From Acaryochloris thomasi RCC1774 (lineage in GTDB: Bacteria; Cyanobacteriota; Cyanobacteriia; Thermosynechococcales; Thermosynechococcaceae): 32,000 bases of DNA. The stretch is from NCBI RefSeq assembly GCF_003231495.1, contig NZ_PQWO01000014.1:120001-152000 (forward strand), given 5' to 3'. Below, in pieces: positions 26,135 through 32,000 of the stretch (positions are counted from its first letter, which is position 1; the number at the start of each line of letters is the position of its first letter). The notes under the pieces were generated by a model. The model was not told where the DNA came from. It made no database searches and worked only from the letters and a program-made list of their open reading frames with translations. A program made the translations under genes and the position numbers.

Positions 26135-27592
26135 CTATAGCGTCCCAAATCCCTTCCGCTTTTTGTTCTTCTTTTTCTTTTTGCCACCGCCACCTTGGCC
26201 CCGCCATCCTGGCCCCGGAGCCTGACCGCCGCCGCCCATCATGCCGCCGCCAAACGGGTTCATGCCGCCCCCCATGCCCCCCATGCCCGGCATTTGACCC
26301 TGGCCCATCTGCTGCATCATCGTCCGCATTCTCTGGAAGTCGGTGACCAGCTTACTGACGTCATTGAGTGAGTAGCCTGAACCCTTAGCAATTCGGCGTC
26401 GCCTGCTGGGGGAGCTAGATAGCAAATCTGGATCCTTGCGCTCTGCCTGCGTCATGGAGCCAATCATGGCTTCGGTCTGCTTAAGCTTCCCTTCGCCTTC
26501 TTCGAGCTGAGAAGACGAGAGCTTGTTCATGCCCGGAATCATTTTCATGACGCCGCCGAGAGATCCCATATTTTTCAGGAGCCGCATTTGCTTCAGAAAA
26601 TCAGAGAAGTCAAACTGCGCCTCCATGATCTTTTGGGTCATTTTTTCGGCATCGGCAATGTCGAATTCTTCCTGAGCTTTTTCGACAAGGGAGAGGACAT
26701 CCCCCATCCCCAAGATGCGCGAGGCCATCCGCTCAGGGTAGAAGGGCTGCAGAGCCTCTACTTTCTCGCCGACGCCAATAAACTTGATCGGCTGTCCCGA
26801 GATCTGTCGGATGGATAGCGCTGCTCCCCCTCGCGTATCGCCATCCATCTTGGTGAGAATCGCGCCGGTAATCCCGATCTCTTCGTGGAAGGTGCGGGTT
26901 AGGTTAGCGGCTTCTTGGCCAGTCATCGCGTCCACAACCAGCAAAACTTCGTCAGGTTTCACCGTCTTTTTAATGGTGGCTAGCTCACCCATCATCTCGG
27001 GGTCAATCTGGAGTCGGCCAGCGGTGTCGATGATCACGGTATCAACATTCTGTTCGCGGGCGGCGGCTAGACCCTGGCGAGCAATCTCTACCGGGTTGGC
27101 ATCTGCACCAATTTCAAAAACAGGGACGTTGATCTGCTTGCCCAGCGTGACGAGCTGATCAATGGCGGCGGGTCGATAAACATCAGTCGCCACCAGCAGG
27201 GCCGAGCGCTCTTGCTTGCGCAGATGGAGGGCTAGCTTAGCGGTCGCCGTTGTTTTACCGGTTCCTTGCAAACCCGCCATTAAGATGACGGTGGGGGCTT
27301 TATTGGCTTCTGCTAGAGGAGCGTTGGTCTCTCCCATGACTTTGATCAGCTCATCGTTCACGATTTTGATGAACTGCTGATCAGGGCTGACCCCCTTGAT
27401 CACTTCTGCGCCCAGGGCTGTCTCACGGACCTCTTCGATAAAATCTTTGACTACCTGTAGGTTGGCGTCAGCTTCGAGAAGCGATCGCCTCACGTCTCGC
27501 AGGGCTTCTTGAATATTTGACTCTGAGATCTTGGCTTGACCTCGCAGAGACTTCCAGGCAGATTCTAGACTTTCGGAGAGGGCCTCAAACAT
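26135..27592 (-). CDS. ffh: Signal recognition particle protein Ffh
   Basis: 485 aa. N-domain, G-domain (GLQGTGKTTATAKLA, DTAGR, TKMDGD), Met-rich M-domain, Gly/Lys-rich tail. Confidence 0.95.
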   Translation of the reverse strand: MFEALSESLESAWKSLRGQAKISESNIQEALRDVRRSLLEADANLQVVKDFIEEVRETALGAEVIKGVSPDQQFIKIVNDELIKVMGETNAPLAEANKAPTVILMAGLQGTGKTTATAKLALHLRKQERSALLVATDVYRPAAIDQLVTLGKQINVPVFEIGADANPVEIARQGLAAAREQNVDTVIIDTAGRLQIDPEMMGELATIKKTVKPDEVLLVVDAMTGQEAANLTRTFHEEIGITGAILTKMDGDTRGGAALSIRQISGQPIKFIGVGEKVEALQPFYPERMASRILGMGDVLSLVEKAQEEFDIADAEKMTQKIMEAQFDFSDFLKQMRLLKNMGSLGGVMKMIPGMNKLSSSQLEEGEGKLKQTEAMIGSMTQAERKDPDLLSSSPSRRRRIAKGSGYSLNDVSKLVTDFQRMRTMMQQMGQGQMPGMGGMGGGMNPFGGGMMGGGGQAPGPGWRGQGGGGKKKKKNKKRKGFGTL

Positions 27593-27709
27593 AGCGATTC
27601 AATACGGTGAATATGCTTCTTTTGTATTAGCCTAGCGTACTCTCTTGCAAACACCCCAACCGTAGAGCTGTGTTACGGTTACTCACGAACGCAACCCGTT
27701 ATGTAGGCC

Positions 27710-28804
27710 ATGCAGACTCTTCCATTCCTACCTTTTGACTTGCCCTTTGCAACACCACTCACCAAGCTGGCATATCAGACCTTTTCGCAGAGCAAAAATG
27801 TATTTGGCATTGCCCATAGAGAATGGAATAGCCGTGTACGACAGGCTGTTGATCCACCTCGGCAGCAAAAGGTTAGCAAAATCGACGATCAGATGCTGGC
27901 GATGCTGCAAAAGCGCTTCGACCAGCTATTAGAATCTGACTGGGATGATGCTCAGCAGGGCATTTATCCCACTGCTCTACTGTTTGACAATCCTTGGGAC
28001 GAGTTTTTTCGTTTCTATCCGGCGGTGTGGTTGGATGCCCCTCAGACCTGGCGGCGCTACAACCAGCGTAGATATCAGGAATTCTCAGAGGCTGTTGATA
28101 CAGCTGGGTATCCAAAGTACTATCTGCAAAACTTTCATCATCAGTCAGATGGATACCTCAGTGATGACTCGGCTAATCTCTATGACCTACAGGTGGAGCT
28201 ATTGTTTGGGGGAACGGCTGATGCGATGCGTCGTCGAATTTTGGCCCCTATTAGGCAGGGACTGACACGATTTAATGATGTCCTGCCTCAGCACCAACGC
28301 ATTATCGATGTTGCCTGCGGCACAGGCCGCACGTTGAAGATGCTGAGAGCAGCTTTTCCGCAAGCGTCTCTGTACGGTACTGACCTCTCTCCGGCGTATC
28401 TGCGGAAAGCGAATCAACTGCTGTCCCAGGATCGGGGAGAACTCCCTCAGCTTTTGCAGGCGAATGCAGAGGCTTTGCCTTATCAAGATAATTACTTCCA
28501 CATGGTTTCCAGTGTCTTTCTGTTTCATGAGCTGCCTGCAACCGTTCGAAGAACAATCATTAATGAATGCTTCCGTATTGCTCAACCGAACGGCACTCTT
28601 GTCATTTGTGATTCGGTGCAGGTAAGCGATTCACCTGAGATGGAGACCTTTATGAAGAATTTTCCGGCGGTGTTTCATGAGCCGTACTATCGCCACTACT
28701 CAACCGATGACTTAGAGGGGCGCTTACGGCAGGCTGGCTTCACTGATATCCAGACTGAGGTCCATTTCATGAGCAAGTACTGGATTGCGCGCAAGCCTGT
28801 TTGA
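27710..28804 (+). CDS. Class I SAM-dependent methyltransferase with ~190-aa N-terminal extension
   Basis: 364 aa. Motif I IIDVACGTGRTLKML, then YGTDLSPAYL and FHMVSSVFLFHELP. Confidence 0.8.
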   Translation: MQTLPFLPFDLPFATPLTKLAYQTFSQSKNVFGIAHREWNSRVRQAVDPPRQQKVSKIDDQMLAMLQKRFDQLLESDWDDAQQGIYPTALLFDNPWDEFFRFYPAVWLDAPQTWRRYNQRRYQEFSEAVDTAGYPKYYLQNFHHQSDGYLSDDSANLYDLQVELLFGGTADAMRRRILAPIRQGLTRFNDVLPQHQRIIDVACGTGRTLKMLRAAFPQASLYGTDLSPAYLRKANQLLSQDRGELPQLLQANAEALPYQDNYFHMVSSVFLFHELPATVRRTIINECFRIAQPNGTLVICDSVQVSDSPEMETFMKNFPAVFHEPYYRHYSTDDLEGRLRQAGFTDIQTEVHFMSKYWIARKPV

Positions 28805-28848
28805 TAGCAGGTACTCTAAAAATTCTATCGTTCGCGCCGGTTCTGGCT

Positions 28849-29727
28849 ATGTCTGACACTGAACTACATCAGAATCTTGAGCATCGTTTCATTGTCAGCA
28901 ATGGCGTAAAACTGCACTACGTGACGCAGGGGAAGGGACCGTTGATGCTGATGCTTCACGGTTTCCCAGAGTGTTGGTATTCTTGGCGGCACCAAATCCC
29001 GGCGTTTGCTCAAGAGTATAAGGTGGTGGCCCTAGATCTGCGGGGCTACAACGAGAGTGAAAAGCCGGCAGATGTAAATGCTTACCGAATGCCTGAACTT
29101 ATCAAAGATGTACGGGATGTGATTGAGGGTTTGGGCTACGACGACTGTATTTTGGTGGGTCACGACTGGGGTGGTTTTATTGCCTGGTGTTTTGCCTATG
29201 CCCATCCTGAAATGCTGCAGAAGCTGATCGTGATGAATTTGCCTCATCCGGCGAAGTTCGCAGAGGCGCTTCGCAATAACCCTAGACAAATGTTGCGAAG
29301 CTGGTATATCAGCTTTTTTCAGGTGCCGATGCTACCGGAGCTGATGTTGCGAGCGAATGATTATGATGCGATCGCATCTGCTTTTGCAGATCGAGCAACC
29401 AACAAAAATGCCTTTACGCCCGAAGATTTAGCAGTCTTTAAAGATGCCGCCGCCAGACGGGGAGCGCTAACGGCCATGATCAACTACTACCGCAGCAACA
29501 CCCGCACCTTCACCTCGCAAGACTGGGATGTCCTTGAGGTTCCGACGCTTTTGCTTTGGGGCGAAGATGATTTTGCTTTGGGTAAAGAGCTAACCTACGG
29601 TACAGAGGCTTATGTGCGAGATCTACAGCTCCACTATCTCAGCCACTGCAGTCACTGGATTCAGCAAGAGCAGCCAGATCTTGTCAATCAATATATGCGC
29701 GGCTTTTTGATATCAGGGAATGGGTAA
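28849..29727 (+). CDS. Alpha/beta hydrolase (epoxide-hydrolase-like)
   Basis: ORF listed from TTG 28801; ATG 28849 (MSDTELHQ). HGFPECWYSWRHQIP, nucleophile elbow GHDWGG, C-terminal SHCSHWIQQEQP. Confidence 0.85.
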   Translation: MSDTELHQNLEHRFIVSNGVKLHYVTQGKGPLMLMLHGFPECWYSWRHQIPAFAQEYKVVALDLRGYNESEKPADVNAYRMPELIKDVRDVIEGLGYDDCILVGHDWGGFIAWCFAYAHPEMLQKLIVMNLPHPAKFAEALRNNPRQMLRSWYISFFQVPMLPELMLRANDYDAIASAFADRATNKNAFTPEDLAVFKDAAARRGALTAMINYYRSNTRTFTSQDWDVLEVPTLLLWGEDDFALGKELTYGTEAYVRDLQLHYLSHCSHWIQQEQPDLVNQYMRGFLISGNG

Positions 29728-29960
29728 CAGATAAACTTTTAATGCACAAAATCGAGCCAATAAATCAATACAGAAAGAGTAACTTGAATATGAAATAATA
29801 CTCGTTATAACGGATTTGAGGATCGTCTTAAACTGGATATCTACGCTCATTCATCGACATACTAATCAATAAGTTTTGAAGCCAGTCTTTATGATATCAA
29901 ACCTCATTGAGATCACGAATTGGAGCAACATCTATCTCCCTTCGCTTCATCCCTCATTTA

Positions 29961-30289
29961 GGGGCGTTTTGCAACAATTCGAGAAGACACGAGAATGCTA
30001 GGATTCCCTCGATTTTTTATACAGCTACAGCTTTGTTGCACGAATCTTTCAAAGACCGAACTAGTTCCTAAGTGTCTTGCTTCCTAAGCAGCATCTTCTC
30101 TAAATTTTGGTAGCTCACAGGATAGCGGCAATACTATCGAACCACAAAGAGGATGATCTTCAATTGAAAATGACACCACTTGAACGGTTCAGCAGGGTTC
30201 ATGACTAAAGTACAGGGAAACAAAGCAACTCTCTAGAACATAGCCACTGCAGATCGCACCTAGTTCGGCTTTTCTTGCAGCACGGCCAT
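29961..30289 (-). mobile_element. Internally deleted (MITE-like) IS6-family element with both ends
   Basis: Minus strand from ATG 30202: MNPAEPFKWCHFQLKIILFVVR*YCRYPVSYQNLEKML..., an IS6 transposase N-terminus with an in-frame TAG where Trp is expected. It is joined to the 3' end block (stop codon, UTR, and IR-like GGGGCGTTTTGCAAC at 29961-29975). IR-like CTTGCAGCACGGCC lies at 30274-30287. Confidence 0.6.
29990..30018 (+). terminator. Terminator-like hairpin plus T6 inside the IS6 end block (second copy)
   Basis: Sequence identical to 16465-16493. Lies downstream of the hydrolase gene on the same strand. Confidence 0.3.
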
Positions 30290-30294
30290 TTCAT

Positions 30295-32000
30295 TTACCA
30301 TAATGGCTCAAGTCTTTTTTCTGCAGGCTGTGGTGCATTTGGAGAAAATTGTGATTTTCTCTCCATCGGTGAATCGACTTGGACTAAGAAGGCTAGTTTG
30401 ACCACCTGACCTTGTTTATTTGATACCGAGAGAACAATTTGAGAAAGTTCCTTCGTGGCTTTTAAGATCTTCGAGTCTTTAGCTGAAACATTTCCAAATG
30501 GTTCGAGATTGACAGTGAGATCATCACCTTCTGCCTGCCAATCAAGTTTTACGACTTGTCCGACTTTCAAGAAGACTGAAGGGGTTGTCTCTGCACTTTG
30601 ACCATTGAGCGTAAAAGCAGAGATTTTAGGTGGCTTGCCCTTCACTTCAACCGGGATTGGTTCGGAGGGTGGTGCCTGTTTTTGATTACTCTTAGAAACC
30701 GTTTGCAGACTAATCGTATAGTCACCAGGGGTTGCCGGTAGCCCAACTCTTACATTTGAGCACATCAGCTCCTCATTTACTGGCGGTTTGCACTTTTGGG
30801 TTAGCTCAGGTGGTATCTGCTGCTTAAAGTCATAGGTTTTAATCAACGTGGGCTTTCCTTCCTTGAGCTGACTAAACACTTGAAGCTCTGAAAGCTGACT
30901 GGCATTTTTCAGTTTCCAATTGAGGGGTAGGAGCTGACCTTTCTCAACTTTGGACTGGCTAGATGAAACGCCCGCTACTAGAGGGAGCGGCCTTGGCTGC
31001 ACCACAACGTTCAGTTCTTTCTGACTACTATGCTTTTCTGATTTCGCTTCAATCTGGAGATTAAAGGTGTACTCCCCGGCGAGTCGGGCGCCGGTATCGA
31101 TGTTTGTGCAGGTTAGGTTGCGATGGCCAAAGGCCGACCGAGAGTCATCGCGACTCTGACAAAAGCGACTCAACTCCGTTGGCACTCCTTCCGAGAAATC
31201 ATACACCTGGGGCTTGCCGACAATCTGATCCTTTATAGAAGTAACCGTAAGCTGCTCAAGCTGGTCTACATTCGAGACACTCCAGTTGAGGCGCACCCGC
31301 CCACCTTCCACATAACGATTACTGTCTGGCTTAAATTCAGTCAAGACAGGCGGCAACGCAGGTCTAAAGAAGGCCAGCCAAATAAAGAATCCAAGGCCCG
31401 ATAAGGTACCGACCCCCACCAATATCCACAACAGCAACTGCCACCAGGGGCGGGCTTTCCAAATCAGAAGTCCCTTCGTGACCTGCTCAGGAAGGGGTAA
31501 TCCGTCAAGGTCTGTGAGATCAATTTGAAACGGCACCTCTAGCCCACGACCCAAAAGCGGACGTTGCCATTTCCGTTTGGGTTGCACTTCCAGATCAATC
31601 GCCGCTGTTTCACCCATGAGCAAACGAACAGAAGACGGCTCGCAAGTGTAGTTGCACATCTCTGTTTCATCTCGACTGCTGGCACTCACCACTACTTCCC
31701 GGATCAGATTGCTCTGATTCATCAGCTTGAGCCGATACTGACCGGGTTTATGGCTAACCTTGCCGAGCAGAGTTTCGAGGGTCACACTAAGATGAAGGGC
31801 GGGTTTAACCTCCAAATACACGAGATCTAAAAACACCTGTTCCGGGGCATTATCAGACAGAATCTGTAGCGTCGGTGAGTAGTGGCCTGCAGGCATATCC
31901 AAGGGGTAATGGAACTCAACGCTGAGGGTGCCCTGGGTGCCAGGGTTCAGCTCTAAACTATCGCTATCGGACAGTACCCCTAGTTCGCTGAGATCGGTGC
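30295..32000 (-). CDS. Large single-pass membrane protein with three tandem Ig-like C-terminal repeats (5' end outside the window)
   Basis: The reading frame stays open from the listed TTG (31902) to the window edge (...LNPGTQGTLSVEFHYPLDMPAGHY...). TM helix WWQLLLWILVGVGTLSGLGFFIWLAFF. It is followed by ~115-aa repeats, two of which share LNW..N..QL.EL.V...YDF...P.EL...C...C.N...G..GDYT..LQ. Confidence 0.75.
   Translation of the reverse strand, partial: TDLSELGVLSDSDSLELNPGTQGTLSVEFHYPLDMPAGHYSPTLQILSDNAPEQVFLDLVYLEVKPALHLSVTLETLLGKVSHKPGQYRLKLMNQSNLIREVVVSASSRDETEMCNYTCEPSSVRLLMGETAAIDLEVQPKRKWQRPLLGRGLEVPFQIDLTDLDGLPLPEQVTKGLLIWKARPWWQLLLWILVGVGTLSGLGFFIWLAFFRPALPPVLTEFKPDSNRYVEGGRVRLNWSVSNVDQLEQLTVTSIKDQIVGKPQVYDFSEGVPTELSRFCQSRDDSRSAFGHRNLTCTNIDTGARLAGEYTFNLQIEAKSEKHSSQKELNVVVQPRPLPLVAGVSSSQSKVEKGQLLPLNWKLKNASQLSELQVFSQLKEGKPTLIKTYDFKQQIPPELTQKCKPPVNEELMCSNVRVGLPATPGDYTISLQTVSKSNQKQAPPSEPIPVEVKGKPPKISAFTLNGQSAETTPSVFLKVGQVVKLDWQAEGDDLTVNLEPFGNVSAKDSKILKATKELSQIVLSVSNKQGQVVKLAFLVQVDSPMERKSQFSPNAPQPAEKRLEPLW

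Noticed and set aside
25290-26346. Plus-strand ORFs 25290..25760 (156 aa) and 26086..26346 (86 aa)
   Set aside because: They are antisense to the KH-protein gene and to the Gly/Met-rich 3' end of ffh. The Pro/Arg/Ser-rich products are what the reverse complement of those regions would give.
27658-27680. Hairpin AACCGTA-gagctgtgt-TACGGTT in the ffh/methyltransferase divergent region, considered as a riboswitch or attenuator
   Set aside because: It is a single short 7-bp stem with no flanking conserved structure or U-tract. There is not enough evidence to call anything.
29961-30030. My initial reading of this block as transposase coding sequence (..SCSCIKNRGNPSILVSSRIV..), equivalent to the region after the helix-turn-helix
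   Set aside because: Alignment with 24057-24120 shows that it corresponds to the stop codon, the 3' UTR and the terminal inverted repeat of the IS. It is not internal coding sequence.
24028-30289. Hypothesis that the relics at 24028-24299 and 29728-30289 are two halves of one IS6 copy split by, or flanking as a compound transposon, the phoH-KH-rpsP-ffh-MT-hydrolase block. The lengths sum to about 830 bp, and TGCATTTA versus TTCATTTA sit at the outer edges.
   Set aside because: The right-hand relic carries its own IR-proximal 3' end block (29961-30030), homologous to the end present in the left relic. It is therefore a self-contained, internally deleted element, not a complementary half. The enclosed genes are core housekeeping genes. 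The better TCATTTA match flanks the right element alone.

Overview
This window looks like a chromosomal segment of a cyanobacterium. I counted 21 copies of the HIP1 octamer GCGATCGC, where about 0.5 would be expected by chance. The gene content also fits: sbtA-sbtB, a DUF1995 gene, plsX-fabH, and ffh-rpsP-KH-phoH. I can support about 33 protein-coding genes, mostly housekeeping or envelope functions:
- 3' end of a TamB-like gene
- two tandem MscS-type channels
- GNAT and a SnoaL-like ester cyclase
- an ECF41 sigma factor with a frameshifted carboxymuconolactone-decarboxylase (CMD) partner
- GFA, DUF1995, an HExxH lipoprotein, cobM, lgt
- the sbtA-sbtB bicarbonate-uptake pair
- an RCK-type cation channel, msrA, two SAM methyltransferases, GST, plsX-fabH
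- an SRPBCC protein, phoH, a KH protein, rpsP, ffh, an alpha/beta hydrolase
- the 3' part of a large membrane protein with tandem Ig-like repeats

I saw no tRNA, rRNA or CRISPR array. The accessory or decayed material consists of three relics of IS6-family elements, one IS630-family relic, and a somewhat AT-richer five-gene minus-strand cassette. Two of the IS6 relics are internally deleted, MITE-like copies that share a 60-nt block differing at 3 positions. The cassette holds an HNH nuclease, a double zinc-ribbon protein and three unknowns.

I found no convincing novel multi-gene system. The best leads are:
1. A textbook ECF41 module with an exact TGTCACA-N16-CGTC promoter, whose partner gene is broken in a G5 run.
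2. The IS6-derived mini-elements, whose conserved end forms a terminator-like hairpin downstream of host genes.
3. The HNH/zinc-ribbon cassette.
4. A cation channel with a non-canonical TVGFSE filter just downstream of sbtAB.

All family assignments come from motif recognition by eye or from memory; no searches were run.
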